From Bacillota bacterium (GTDB taxonomy: Bacteria; Bacillota; Sulfobacillia; Fermentithermobacillales; Fermentithermobacillaceae), in the NCBI GenBank assembly GCA_050952065.1, contig JBMNKF010000007.1, forward strand, positions 76,412 through 140,411: 64,000 nt of DNA, read 5' to 3'. How positions within the stretch are numbered: the first letter of the stretch is position 1; every line of letters begins with the position of its first letter. The position numbers were made by a program, and so were the translations under genes. Positions 8,410 through 18,178 of the stretch are shown here, piece by piece. Below the pieces are notes generated by a model. It ran no database searches. It worked only from the letters and a program-made list of their open reading frames with translations, and had not been told where the DNA came from.

Positions 8410-9222
8410 ATGGGAACCAAAAGAAAGGTAGCACTTACAGCGGTCCTGGTCCTGTCTTTGGTGCTTCTATCAGGAAGTGCCCTGGCCGGCGGCTATGCGC
8501 GGTACATGACGCCGGCTCCCGATGGAGGCACACTCTTCATCTTCACTCGAGGGTCTCGTGGCCTTGACCTCATTATGAGGCTTTTCTATGGGTTTGGTGC
8601 CTACCCGTGGGACTTCCTCAAGCCTGTCAGGCCAGACACGCCGCCTCTGCCTGCGGATCCAATCGAGGCTCCGGACCCCACTCCGGAGCCGGAGCCCGCT
8701 CCCGAGCCTGATCCGGTCCCAGACCCGGTGCCGGAACCAGAACCTGAACCTGAGCCGGAGCCTGTTCCAGAGCCTGATCCGGAGCCCGACACTGAACCCG
8801 AGAAACCGGCTTCCGAAGAAGAGCCCTCAACTCCCGGCCTTACTGATATGGAGCAAGGTATGGTGGATCTGGTGAACGAGGAGAGGGCGAAGGCAGGTCT
8901 TAAGCCTTTGGCAGTAGACATGAGATTGGTGGAACTAGCTCGAAAGAAGAGTCAGGATATGATCGACAAAGGATACTTCTCTCACAACTCGCCTACCTAC
9001 GGTTCGCCCTTTGACATGATGAAGGCAGCCGGCATTTCGTACCGGATGGCAGGAGAGAACCTGGCAGGGGCGCCCAGTCTCCAATCTGCTCACAAGGGGC
9101 TGATGGAGAGCGAAGGCCACAGACGGAACATACTCAACCCGGCTTTCGACCACATAGGAATAGGCATCATTCAGGGCGGCCCTTATGGCTACATGTTCAC
9201 GCAGATGTTTACAGGGCAGTAG
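8410..9222 (+). CDS. Secreted CAP/SCP/PR-1 (YkwD-type) domain protein with Pro/Glu-rich linker
   Basis: Signal peptide (KVALTAVLVLSLVLLSGSALA), (PE)n/(PEP)n linker, C-terminal CAP domain motifs (GYFSHNSP, GENLA, GHRRNIL, HIGIG). Confidence 0.75.
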   Translation: MGTKRKVALTAVLVLSLVLLSGSALAGGYARYMTPAPDGGTLFIFTRGSRGLDLIMRLFYGFGAYPWDFLKPVRPDTPPLPADPIEAPDPTPEPEPAPEPDPVPDPVPEPEPEPEPEPVPEPDPEPDTEPEKPASEEEPSTPGLTDMEQGMVDLVNEERAKAGLKPLAVDMRLVELARKKSQDMIDKGYFSHNSPTYGSPFDMMKAAGISYRMAGENLAGAPSLQSAHKGLMESEGHRRNILNPAFDHIGIGIIQGGPYGYMFTQMFTGQ

Positions 9223-9290
9223 CCTTGGTACCCTGGAATGCAGGAAAAGTTCAGAAGAGGTGGGCTTTGGGTCCACCTCTTCCTGCCCGC

Positions 9291-9668
9291 TTAGTCTGTG
9301 CCCCGGACATAGTCTCGAAACACCCAGCCGAGTCTGCCGTCGTACAACTGCACTGCTGTCCAGTTGCCCCTCTTCTCTGTGAGGATGACAGGGGTACCCT
9401 TCTGCAGGACACTGAGCACGTAGGCCTGTGGGCTAGGAGACTCGCGGAAGTTTACATCGTCGTCGGTTATGGTGCCAAATCCTATGAACGTGTCTGGCAC
9501 TTTTCCGCTCTTCAGGAGCTTAAGCGTTTCGATCTCGAATCTTTTCTGCGTTAGAATCCGCTCCAAAAGCTGGCGACCGGTGCCTCCTGGCAGACGGCCT
9601 ATCAAGGCGTGGTACTGTTGCCTGGCATCCTCTTCTCTTTCCAGAAGTTCGGCTACAGTCTCATCCAT
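9291..9668 (-). CDS. Hypothetical protein with C-terminal bacterial SH3 domain
   Basis: 125 aa. C-terminal ...FRESPSPQAYVLSVLQKGTPVILTEKRGNWTAVQLYDGRLGWVFRDYV resembles SH3_3. N-terminal helical segment. Confidence 0.5.
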   Translation of the reverse strand: MDETVAELLEREEDARQQYHALIGRLPGGTGRQLLERILTQKRFEIETLKLLKSGKVPDTFIGFGTITDDDVNFRESPSPQAYVLSVLQKGTPVILTEKRGNWTAVQLYDGRLGWVFRDYVRGTD

Positions 9669-9819
9669 TGTCTTCGCCTCCTTACAGTCATCACACTATG
9701 CGCCCGATTTAGTAAACATGCCCAAGCTTCCGATTTGGCTTTATGACGCTGGTGGGCTGCTGATACAATCAATGTGACTGGTCACGAGTCAAAGGTTGAG
9801 GCCGGTTGACCGGGGGTGG

Positions 9820-10497
9820 ATGCGTTTGAAGATCTTAGTAGTAGACGATGATCAGGTACTGGTTAAAGGGCTCACTAGGAGCCTGTTGGCTGTTGGGCAC
9901 GAGGTTTGGGCATGCTTCGACGGGCAAGAGGCTATGACCAACATTGATTCTCTCAGCCCAGAAATGGTCATCCTGGACGTTATGCTTCCAGGCAAGGACG
10001 GGTTCGCTATATTGCAGGACATTCGCCGGCGCTATCCGGATCTTCCGGTGATCATGCTTACTGCAAGAGCCGAAGACATCGACAAAGTCCTCGGGTTGGA
10101 GATGGGGGCAGACGATTACATCTCTAAGCCATTCAGTGTCAGGGAGCTAGAGGCAAGGCTCAAGGCCTTGGCCAGGCGGCTAGGGCCAACAGGGGGTAAA
10201 GCGCAGGTTCGTAAGGGTGACCTTCTTCTGGATCTGGATGGACGGCGCGTGTGGAAAAGAGAGCGCGAGGTATACTTGACGCCTAAGGAGTTTGACGTTC
10301 TGGCTTTCTTGGTGAGGAACTCGGGTACTGTCATGACCCGGGAAAAACTGCTTGAACACTGCTGGGGTTATGATTTTTTTGGAGACACCAGGGCGGTGGA
10401 CATTCAGGTGTCGAGGCTGAGGGAGAAGATTGAGGACGATCCTCAGAAGCCGACGATTATTCTTACAAGGCGAGGAACGGGCTACTACTGTGAATAG
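9820..10497 (+). CDS. OmpR-family response regulator (REC + winged-helix)
   Basis: MRLKILVVDDD..., phospho-acceptor D in ILDVMLPGKDG, C-terminal trans_reg_C (VYLTPKEFDVLAFLVRNSGTVMTREKLLEHCWG). ATG 9820 after GGGGGTGG. The ORF-track start at TTG 9796 is less likely. Confidence 0.85.
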   Translation: MRLKILVVDDDQVLVKGLTRSLLAVGHEVWACFDGQEAMTNIDSLSPEMVILDVMLPGKDGFAILQDIRRRYPDLPVIMLTARAEDIDKVLGLEMGADDYISKPFSVRELEARLKALARRLGPTGGKAQVRKGDLLLDLDGRRVWKREREVYLTPKEFDVLAFLVRNSGTVMTREKLLEHCWGYDFFGDTRAVDIQVSRLREKIEDDPQKPTIILTRRGTGYYCE

Positions 10498-11914
10498 GTT
10501 TGTCAGGCGCCTGAGTGTAAGATGGCATCTTGCCCTGACGTATCTTCTGATTATCTGGGTTACCCTTGCTGTCCTAATGTGGGTGTTTGCCAGAAGCCTG
10601 GAAAAATCGGGGTTGGACGGGCGTAAAGCATATCTGTACGCTCAAGCTCATTTCCTGGCTTCAGCCATTGAATCCAGGGGCGGTCCCGACAGAGCATCCA
10701 TAGCCTCGGTCGGGGGAATCCCCGCGAGAGGTCGGGTCTTGGTAATAGATGATAGAGGAGTGGTGTTGCAGGATTCGGCAGCTGACCCGGATATTCTGGG
10801 AAAGGATCTATCGGGACTGTCGGAAGTTAGAGGCGCCCTGAGTGGTGAACAGATGGCCAACACCTATTACTTGGAAGACGGCACCTATGTTATGTATCTG
10901 GCTGTTCCAGGCGTTTGGGGTTCTGGCACGGGCGCCATATTCATATCCCAGGATCTGAACGACATCTTGAGCCAACATAGGAGCCTTATGAGGGCTGTGA
11001 TCTTGGGAGGGATTGCGGCTTCGCTTGCTGCACTGCTGGTGGCCTGGGTCCTGGCGGGAGTGGTAACGGGTCCTATCACCGAGATGGAGACCACTGCAAG
11101 GAGGATGTCCGCCGGTAGGCTTGACCTTAGAGTGAAGCCGGGCGGCCCCAGAGAAACCAGGATGCTGGCTGAGTCTTTCAACTCCATGGCACGAGGGATT
11201 GGGGAGTCTCTCAAGAGGCAACAGGAGTTCCTGTTGGCTGCTGCCCATGATCTCAGGTCCCCTCTGGCGGCTGTGAGGGTGCTGGTTGAGTCGATGCAGA
11301 TGAAAGCGCCTAACCAAGACGAATTGCCTGAGCTTCTATTGGATATCCGAGGCGAAGTTGACCGGACAATTAGGACCACCGAAGGCATCTTGAACTTACT
11401 CAGGACGGAAGGGCAGTTTCCGGAGGACACTGTCGACCCGCGGGAGATACTGCACGAACTGGTGGAGACGAGGTCGAAGACAGCGGTTGGGGTGACTGTC
11501 ACTCTGAAATCCGATTCGGGTAAGTGTCGCATGAGTGCTTTGGCTCTACGCCTAGTGGCCGCCAATCTACTGGAGAACGCCATAAGGTATTCGCTTCCAG
11601 GCGGACAAGTGGACGTGGAGTGCAGTATACAGGGGAGTGACCTTGTGTTGGTGGTGAAAGACTGCGGTATAGGAATAGACCCCAAGTACATACCCAGGAT
11701 ATTCGACCGTTTCTATAGGGTGGACGAGGCCCGGCAAAAGTCTACGGGCGGTGCGGGGCTGGGCTTGGCGATTGTCAAGGAGGTTTGCGACAGGACCAAT
11801 GCCACCATAAGCGTGGAGAGTGCTCCCGGCCAAGGCTCGACCTTCACTGTGAAGTGGGCCGCGTGCGGGACTGAGGAAACCCCGGAAAACCCTGACAGTC
11901 GTCTGGAACCCTGA
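10490..11914 (+). CDS. Sensor histidine kinase (TM-sensor-TM, HAMP, HisKA, HATPase_c)
   Basis: H-box AAAHDLRSPLAAV, N-box LLENAIRYS, G boxes DCGIGIDP and GGAGLGLAIVK. GTG 10490 overlaps the RR stop by 8 nt (coupled pair). Confidence 0.85.
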   Translation: MNRFVRRLSVRWHLALTYLLIIWVTLAVLMWVFARSLEKSGLDGRKAYLYAQAHFLASAIESRGGPDRASIASVGGIPARGRVLVIDDRGVVLQDSAADPDILGKDLSGLSEVRGALSGEQMANTYYLEDGTYVMYLAVPGVWGSGTGAIFISQDLNDILSQHRSLMRAVILGGIAASLAALLVAWVLAGVVTGPITEMETTARRMSAGRLDLRVKPGGPRETRMLAESFNSMARGIGESLKRQQEFLLAAAHDLRSPLAAVRVLVESMQMKAPNQDELPELLLDIRGEVDRTIRTTEGILNLLRTEGQFPEDTVDPREILHELVETRSKTAVGVTVTLKSDSGKCRMSALALRLVAANLLENAIRYSLPGGQVDVECSIQGSDLVLVVKDCGIGIDPKYIPRIFDRFYRVDEARQKSTGGAGLGLAIVKEVCDRTNATISVESAPGQGSTFTVKWAACGTEETPENPDSRLEP

Positions 11915-12051
11915 AAGTCCCACATGTCCCTTGAGATGATACACAACTGTTACGAAACGATAACGCGGCGATACGTTCAGGCGGCACAATAAGGCTAACG
12001 TCGAGGGTTTGGCATAGGTGTTGGGTCGAAACCGACCGAGGGGGTTATGTC

Positions 12052-12894
12052 GTGAAAAGCGTTAGAAGCGTGAAGAGCATCATCCCTCTATTCTTTGCTG
12101 GGCCAGTCATCTTGGCCCTGCTGATGTCCGGGTGCCTGCCCAGAGCGTCGGGAGATCCCAGTGACTCAATACCGCCTGTACCATCAAAAAGTTATGCGGA
12201 CCTGGTGCTCTTTTTTGGCGATGACCAGGCCATGGAAGTGTTGCCTGAGTACAGGCGCGTGGAGATTCCCAGTGACCCTTCACAGCGCGAGTCCGAGGCT
12301 GTCTTGGCAGTGAAGGAACTCTTATCGGGTCCCAAGGACGCCTTGTTGAGGAAGACTCTTCCGCCCGAAGCCAGACTACTCTCTCTAGAAGTGACCGACG
12401 GCGTTGCCCTGGTCAGCTTCAGTAAGGAGATTCAGACGAAGCATTGGGGTGGGTCCGCAGGGGAAACCATGACAGTGGATTCTCTGGTGCTCACTCTAAC
12501 GGGCATCGAAGGTATAGAGAAAGTTCAGATATTGGTGGAAGGCAAGACCATAGACACGATCGCAGGGCATCTGGATGTTTCAAGGCCATTCTCCCGACAG
12601 ATACGTTTGGGCCCCTTCTTTACCAGTGATTATCGGGCTGAGGAACTGCAGAAGCGGGTGGGTGGGGGTCAAGATGCTTGGCGCAAGGATTTTCTCGAAG
12701 TGGCCAACCGCGAATCCCAATCTCGAGGGCTAAGCCCGGACCTAACGTACAATCCTGTGTCCAGTGGGCAAGGAAAAGCCACCGTGGAAGCCGTGGGCGA
12801 AGATGGGGGCAAGGACTACCAGATCAACCTCGTTCAGCCCCAAAAGCAGGGCGAAGACGGAGTCTGGGTTATTTCGGAGATTAGGGAGAAGTAG
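12052..12894 (+). CDS. Lipoprotein with GerMN (germination/sporulation GerM-like) domain
   Basis: Lipobox LLMSGC, followed by sequence resembling the GerMN domain (VLFFGD...EVLPEYRRVEIP..., VKELLSGP..., LSLEVTDGVALVSFSKE...). Confidence 0.6.
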   Translation: MKSVRSVKSIIPLFFAGPVILALLMSGCLPRASGDPSDSIPPVPSKSYADLVLFFGDDQAMEVLPEYRRVEIPSDPSQRESEAVLAVKELLSGPKDALLRKTLPPEARLLSLEVTDGVALVSFSKEIQTKHWGGSAGETMTVDSLVLTLTGIEGIEKVQILVEGKTIDTIAGHLDVSRPFSRQIRLGPFFTSDYRAEELQKRVGGGQDAWRKDFLEVANRESQSRGLSPDLTYNPVSSGQGKATVEAVGEDGGKDYQINLVQPQKQGEDGVWVISEIREK

Positions 12895-12909
12895 AAGACT
12901 GGCCTTCCG

Positions 12910-14547
12910 TTACCACAGAAGACGGCAATACCTCCAGAGCATCTCACACACTTCCGCTCGGGTGATGGTGCCCTCAAGGCGAAGGGTATTGTCTGGGTAA
13001 CCTTTCAGGAGTCCTGAAGAAGTTGCCCATGAGGCTACAGCGAGCAACTGGGGGTCCAGCTCCGCCAGATCCGAGAACCTTTCTGTTGCGTTTGGGCTGC
13101 CGTCCGGAGTCGCAGGGCATCCTTTCGCCATCCACATGATTCGAGCCACATCTCCCCGACTACATGGTAGATCTGGTACCCAGGATTGGTCGGATGGTGA
13201 GATCCATCCTTGTGACGCCAGATAGCGCAGGTAGGGGTATGCCCAGTGGCCAGCCGGGCATAGGTCAAAACTTTCGGGATCTGTAGCGGATTCCAATTCT
13301 TGAGGCTCAGCCATGGCTCGAGAGAAAAGCGCCGCAAACTCGCCTTTGGTTACCTGGCGCTCCGGTCGGAACTTGCCGTCATCGTATCCCTCAACTATTC
13401 CTATCCGGGACATTCTTGCCACCGTAAACCTGGCCCAGTGTCCCCACATGTCCGCGAAAGAGATGGGGAGGACGAACCCTTCCGGATCCAGATCGGCGCC
13501 GAAAGGTCTGGATAGGACGGCAAGGGATGCTATGGCAGATGACTTCTCTTGACCGCTCACCATGTGAGTCTTGCCCCAGACGATCTTGGTGGGCAGGAAC
13601 TGTACCTCCCGGATCCCCTTACTGGACACACTGATCCTAAGAATACCTCCTGCTTGGCAAGCCGGGAAATCGTCTCGAGTAGTGAACACGAAATTGCCCA
13701 GACTATGGGCGGTTACGGTCTCGCCATCGTATCGAATGCCTTGGAGAACGTGGGGATGAGTGCCGATGATGATGTCTGCGCCTGCCTGTCTCAGAGTCTC
13801 CTCCATTCTGACCACCCAGTCTTCGAGCTGGGTCTTTCGCTCCTCTCCCCAGTGTATGAGGACAACGACTATGTCCGCTTCGTTGGACAAGTCTCTGATC
13901 CGGCTCACAATGTTGTCATTCCACTCGCTGTAATCCACAGCCATGCCCGGAGTCTGACCTTTGGCTGCCCAGGCTATCGTGGGCACCACCATGTTCGTTG
14001 CGAGGAACCCGATCTTGATTCCGTTCTTTTCCAGAATGTGCGGTGCTCTTGCTGAGGCTTCATTTTTGCCCGCGCCAATAGGCACTATTCCTGCCGCCGA
14101 GACGTGCCCGATGGTTTCTAGCATGCATTCGGTTCCAAAATCTAAAGTGTGGTTGTTAGCCAAGGACACCAAGTCGAAACCGGCTTCTACTAGACCCTGG
14201 ACCGATACTGGGTCGGCTCTGAAAGTATAGGATTTGTCAGGCGTAGGTGCGCCTGTAGTCCCCACAGCGCATTCCAAGTTGCCTACGGTGAAGTCGGCTT
14301 CGGCTAGGGTGGCCTTGACGCCTTCCCAGGGGGCCACAGGGCCTTCTCTGGCTATGAGGGTTCCAACTGAACTGGCAAGGAGGATATCGCCCACGAAGTT
14401 CAGAGTCACAGAGGGCTCTTGAGTGCAAATCTCTGCTCTTGGAGCCAGGACCATGCCCGTGAGAAGTGTGACTGACGATACGCTCGCCAAAACGAGCCAA
14501 GCCGCGCCAGTCAATCGACGACTCTTCGCCCTGGTTCCTTCAGTCAT
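12910..14547 (-). CDS. CapA-family (PGA-capsule-synthesis-like metallophosphatase) protein with C-terminal SLH domains
   Basis: N-terminal signal/TM, CapA-like core (NFVGDILL, GNLE, NNHTLDFG, HWGEE, GAD..IGTHPHV), C-terminus with about three S-layer-homology repeats (FADMWGHWARFTVARMSRIGIVEGYDDGKFRPERQVTKGEFAALFSRA...). Confidence 0.75.
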   Translation of the reverse strand: MTEGTRAKSRRLTGAAWLVLASVSSVTLLTGMVLAPRAEICTQEPSVTLNFVGDILLASSVGTLIAREGPVAPWEGVKATLAEADFTVGNLECAVGTTGAPTPDKSYTFRADPVSVQGLVEAGFDLVSLANNHTLDFGTECMLETIGHVSAAGIVPIGAGKNEASARAPHILEKNGIKIGFLATNMVVPTIAWAAKGQTPGMAVDYSEWNDNIVSRIRDLSNEADIVVVLIHWGEERKTQLEDWVVRMEETLRQAGADIIIGTHPHVLQGIRYDGETVTAHSLGNFVFTTRDDFPACQAGGILRISVSSKGIREVQFLPTKIVWGKTHMVSGQEKSSAIASLAVLSRPFGADLDPEGFVLPISFADMWGHWARFTVARMSRIGIVEGYDDGKFRPERQVTKGEFAALFSRAMAEPQELESATDPESFDLCPAGHWAYPYLRYLASQGWISPSDQSWVPDLPCSRGDVARIMWMAKGCPATPDGSPNATERFSDLAELDPQLLAVASWATSSGLLKGYPDNTLRLEGTITRAEVCEMLWRYCRLLW

Positions 14548-14758
14548 GGACAGTCACTCCTTTACACCTAAGCGAACGAGAGCCTCTCAATAGTGACCTA
14601 GATGATCGGGCGTGGAGTCTGTTGCCGGCTGATTCTACGCATCACTTGTCATCTCCTCTGTCTCGACTGTCCACCACTGTATTGTGACGTCTCTCTAGAC
14701 AAGATGGTTGCCATGCGCTGCCGGAAGCACTGCAGGCACTCAATTGCCAAAGATTCAT

Positions 14759-14787
14759 TTGACGAGGTGATTGACGTTCGCTATACT
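14759..14787 (+). promoter_or_regulatory. Candidate sigma-A promoter for tRNA cluster (TTGACG-17 nt-TATACT)
   Basis: TTGACG at 14759-14764, 17-nt spacer, TATACT at 14782-14787, about 36 nt upstream of the first tRNA. Confidence 0.45.
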
Positions 14788-14823
14788 AGGAATCGACGTC
14801 GGTCCGCAACCGGGCTGGATTCA

Positions 14824-14898
14824 GGGCGAATAGCTCAGCGGGAGAGCACCTGCCTTACACGCAGGGGGTCACAGGTTCAAACCCTGTTTCGCCCACCA
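14824..14898 (+). tRNA. tRNA-Val (anticodon TAC)
   Basis: Cloverleaf by eye: acceptor GGGCGAA/TTCGCCC, anticodon loop CTTACAC, T-loop GGTTCAAACC, encoded CCA. Confidence 0.85.
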
Positions 14899-14908
14899 TA
14901 GAGAACGC

Positions 14909-14986
14909 GGAGGCGTGGTGTAGCTGGCCTAACATACGTGCCTGTCACGCACGAGACCGTGGGTTCGAATCCCATCGCCTCCGCCA
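14909..14986 (+). tRNA. tRNA-Asp (anticodon GTC)
   Basis: Acceptor GGAGGCG/CGCCTCC, anticodon loop CTGTCAC, GGTTCGAATCC T-arm, CCA encoded. Closely parallels the canonical bacterial tRNA-Asp sequence. Confidence 0.85.
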
Positions 14987-15022
14987 CCTTAAGTTAGACA
15001 GTCTCGGTTCAGACGAGGTCTT

Positions 15023-15098
<76 letters not shown>

Positions 15099-15104
15099 TG
15101 GCTA

Positions 15105-15179
15105 GCGGAAGTGGCTCAGTGGTAGAGCATCGCCTTGCCAAGGCGAGGGCCGCGGGTTCGAATCCCGTCTTCCGCTCCA
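15105..15179 (+). tRNA. tRNA-Gly (anticodon GCC)
   Basis: GCGGAAGTGGCTCAGTGGTAGAGC, anticodon loop TTGCCAA, GGTTCGAATCC, CCA encoded. Confidence 0.85.
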
Positions 15180-15190
15180 TTTGTCATCAT

Positions 15191-15264
15191 GGCGAGATAG
15201 CCAAGCGGTAAGGCAGGGGTCTGCAAAACCCTCATCCCCGGTTCGAGTCCGGGTCTCGCCTCCA
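15191..15264 (+). tRNA. tRNA-Cys (anticodon GCA)
   Basis: GGCGAGATAGCCAAGCGGTAAGGC, anticodon loop CTGCAAA, GGTTCGAGTCC, CCA encoded. Confidence 0.85.
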
Positions 15265-15271
15265 AGGGCGT

Positions 15272-15348
<77 letters not shown>

Positions 15349-15353
15349 GAGAA

Positions 15354-15381
15354 AACAGCCGCTCGAAGAGCGGTTTTTTGT
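15354..15381 (+). terminator. Rho-independent terminator closing the tRNA cluster
   Basis: CAGCCGCTC-GAAG-AGCGG hairpin followed by TTTTTTGTTTG. Confidence 0.7.
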
Positions 15382-15557
15382 TTGTCAACTCAATGCGCCA
15401 GTACCACGAAACCACACTTCAATGCAGTCTCGCTGCAATTGGGAGTCCGTTGCTCCACGTCATGGAGAGGAAGAGGCATATTGATTAGTACGGGACGAGA
15501 AGAACCAATGGAAAGTCCTGGTCAACGCCATGGAGCGCATACTGGGGAGGGAACTAA

Positions 15558-16280
15558 GTGAGCAATCCTAAATGGATGGAGGATTACGTCAACGACATCC
15601 TTGTGGATGTAGACGACGCCTCCTATCATCGGAGAGCAAAAGCTCAGTTGACGGACCATCTGTCCGAAGAGTACCAGGTCTTGGTTGATCGGGGATATAA
15701 ACCGGAAGAAGCCAGAGCCAAGGCAATTGAGCAGATGGGTGGCGTAGAGAGTCTACGGAAGGACTACAAAGTGGCCTGCTTACATGTAGTATCTTCTCGC
15801 AGAGGGTATTACTTCTGGCATGTCTTGATCGGGTGTTTGTTAATGGCTATCACCTACGTAGCGTCCCTTTGCTGTCTTGCTGCAGCAGGTTACACTTATG
15901 ATGCACGCCCAGGAACTCCTATCATCGGTAATCCCAAGGCTCTTCTGCTGTTCAGATGCATACTGTTCATAGTTCCGTTCGGCGTAGGAGCTCTGTACTT
16001 TCGAAAGGCGTTCAGGTATCGGCCAGATCGTTCGGTAGCCATCACATCCGCGCTCTTGTTTGCTTGGGCCGGCGAGAAAGCTGCCATACTGGGGCTCAGT
16101 TCTCTTATATACGATGTAAGCATATGGAGACTGCCCGAACTGATAGACAGGATCAGCGGAGGGGGCGATCAAACAGCGCCTTGGTTCACTGTGAAGTACA
16201 TACTGGCCACAATGATTGGCTGTATTGTTCTCGGCTTGGTCTCAGACTTTGAGAAACGGAGGAGTGAGTGTCGCAGATAG
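15558..16280 (+). CDS. Hypothetical polytopic membrane protein with soluble N-terminal helical domain
   Basis: 240 aa. N-terminal approx 70 aa resemble the 'permease prefix/DUF1700-like' helical domain (HRRAKAQLTDHLSEEYQ...EEARAKAIEQMG), then 4-5 hydrophobic helices. Confidence 0.45.
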   Translation: MSNPKWMEDYVNDILVDVDDASYHRRAKAQLTDHLSEEYQVLVDRGYKPEEARAKAIEQMGGVESLRKDYKVACLHVVSSRRGYYFWHVLIGCLLMAITYVASLCCLAAAGYTYDARPGTPIIGNPKALLLFRCILFIVPFGVGALYFRKAFRYRPDRSVAITSALLFAWAGEKAAILGLSSLIYDVSIWRLPELIDRISGGGDQTAPWFTVKYILATMIGCIVLGLVSDFEKRRSECRR

Positions 16281-16464
16281 AAGTCTTTTGCCACTTTGAC
16301 TATGGCTTCCAAGGAGCGTCAGAAGCATGTGGCAACTTGTGACCTCAAATATCTCCTGATCACGGCAACGACCCAGTACCTGCAGGCTTCGTACGGTAGT
16401 ATCGATGTGTATGGACAGGCATGTGATTGCTTCAGAGCACAAGACAGACCGGAGGAGGAGCAAT

Positions 16465-17292
16465 GTGGTTTTCATCTCATGGAATATCGATTCGCTAAAT
16501 GCGGCACTAACGGGAAATTCACCACGTGCTTTGTTGTCTCGAACTGTACTGAATACTGTCAAGGAGCAAAAACCAGAGGCTATTGCCCTACAGGAGACGA
16601 AGTTGGCTAGTGATGGTCCCACCAAGAAGCACCTAGAGGTGCTTAAGGATATGTTTCCGGACTATGAGATAATCTGGAACTGCTCAGTGAAACCGGCGCG
16701 CGAGGGATATGCGGGTACTATGTTCTTGTATAGGGACTACCTGACGCCATCTGTCACTTTTCCCGTAATCGGAGCTCCAGGCACCATGGATGCCGAAGGT
16801 CGAATCATCACGCTGGAGTTTCAGGATTTTTACTTGACGCAAGTATACACGCCCAACGCAGGGGACGACTTGAGCCGCCTCGAAGAGCGCCAGATCTGGG
16901 ACATCAAGTATGCCGATTATTTGGAAGCCCTGGACAAAAACAAGCCGGTTATTGCGTCGGGTGATTTCAACGTAGCACACCGAGAGATAGACCTGGCGCA
17001 TCCCAACAATAACCGTCGTTCAGCAGGCTTTACTGATGAGGAACGTGAGGGTTTTACCAACCTTCTTGCAAGGGGGTTCACAGATACTTTTCGTCACCTA
17101 CACGGGGAGGTAACCGGGGTTTATTCTTGGTGGGCTCAACGTGCTAAGACAAGCAAGATCAACAACTCCGGCTGGAGAATCGACTACTGGATAGTGAGCA
17201 ACCGCATCGTCGGTAGGGTGATCAGATCTGAAATGCTTGATTCAGGTCCAAGACAAGACCACACTCCGGTGTTACTTGAGATCGACCTATAG
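16465..17292 (+). CDS. xth: Exodeoxyribonuclease III (Xth/ExoA family AP endonuclease)
   Basis: GTG 16465 four nt after GGAGGAGGAG gives MVFISWNIDSLNA... Conserved QETK, SGDFN, the catalytic H in DHTPVLLEIDL, WWAQRAK... The ORF-track start at 16405 adds an unlikely leader. Confidence 0.8.
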   Translation: MVFISWNIDSLNAALTGNSPRALLSRTVLNTVKEQKPEAIALQETKLASDGPTKKHLEVLKDMFPDYEIIWNCSVKPAREGYAGTMFLYRDYLTPSVTFPVIGAPGTMDAEGRIITLEFQDFYLTQVYTPNAGDDLSRLEERQIWDIKYADYLEALDKNKPVIASGDFNVAHREIDLAHPNNNRRSAGFTDEEREGFTNLLARGFTDTFRHLHGEVTGVYSWWAQRAKTSKINNSGWRIDYWIVSNRIVGRVIRSEMLDSGPRQDHTPVLLEIDL

Positions 17293-17398
17293 AACGAGTT
17301 GGACGTTGACAGTGATGGTAGGCTGGCACTCCAGAAAGGCCGTCTCTAACTTGACAGACAGGTTCGTTTTTCATAGCTGTTAGCGTCTCGGAGGGCGT

Positions 17399-17959
17399 TC
17401 AGCGAAAGTCTCGTGGTGCCATGGACCGCAATTGTTCCAGATCTTCTAAGGTCGTTGGCCAGTCGTCCTTCAGGAGCCGCGACAGTGATCGGTCGGCGAG
17501 TGCCCTCCCTCTCGTTTGGCACTCGGGGCAGTAGTTTGCCTCGTTTTCGGCGTAAACGATCCGTTGGACCGGTGAACCGCAGATAGGGCAGGGTTGCCCG
17601 TATTTGCCGTGGACAGCCATCTCGAGATGAAAAGCGGTGACCTTTTCGGGGATGGTCGCACCTGCTTGCTCCCGCAGCCTGCCTATCCACTCAGACAGCA
17701 CTTCCTTGCATGCCCCATGGAGCCCCACGATTTCGTGCGCTTCGAGGCTACGTGTAAGCGCAAACGGAGAGAGCCTCGCCCTGTGCAGGATTTCATCAGA
17801 GTAGGCGTTTCCGATTCCGTCTACGACCGTAGAGTCGGTCAGAGCCCGCTTCAAAGTACGATTCTGACGCGTCATGGCTTTGCGGAAGCCATCGGAGCTG
17901 CAACTGAAGATGTCAATCCCTCCCCGATCGAACACCTTAAGTCCGTTTCTGCCCTTCAC
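17399..17959 (-). pseudogene. fpg: Fpg/Nei-family DNA glycosylase remnant: only H2TH and zinc-finger (C-terminal ~185 aa) retained
   Basis: H2TH (VVDGIGNAYSDEILHRARLSPF) and C4 zinc finger (CPICGS...YCPECQ) are present. The N-terminal catalytic domain (PELPEVE...) is absent. Upstream minus-strand frames carry stops within ~100 nt before the IS21 end. Confidence 0.55.
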
Positions 17960-18178
17960 GAGGTGAAGCGAGGCACGGCGTCTCGGCTAGCTCGGCCCTT
18001 CCCTTCTTGGTTGCACATGCCTCTAGCAGCGCTTCGACCGACTTCACCCCTGCGGTGTTACGGCCGGTTGTAAAATCCGCCATTAGGGCCGGATGAAAAA
18101 TCCCCCACCCCCTCGAAGAAGCACTCCGTAACGAGCCAAGTTTCGGAGGTGCGATTCTTGCTAGGAGGCGGGGAAACT

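Noticed and set aside
8601-8921. 106-aa Gly/Ser-rich minus-strand ORF
   Set aside because: Antisense to the PEPEP linker of the CAP-domain gene; artefact of repeat DNA.
10885-11691. 268-aa minus-strand ORF inside the histidine-kinase gene
   Set aside because: It overlaps a kinase gene with all H/N/G boxes in order; no motifs, typical GC-rich antisense ORF.
17594-18073. 159-aa plus-strand ORF
   Set aside because: Antisense to the fpg remnant and crosses the IS21 terminus; no motifs.
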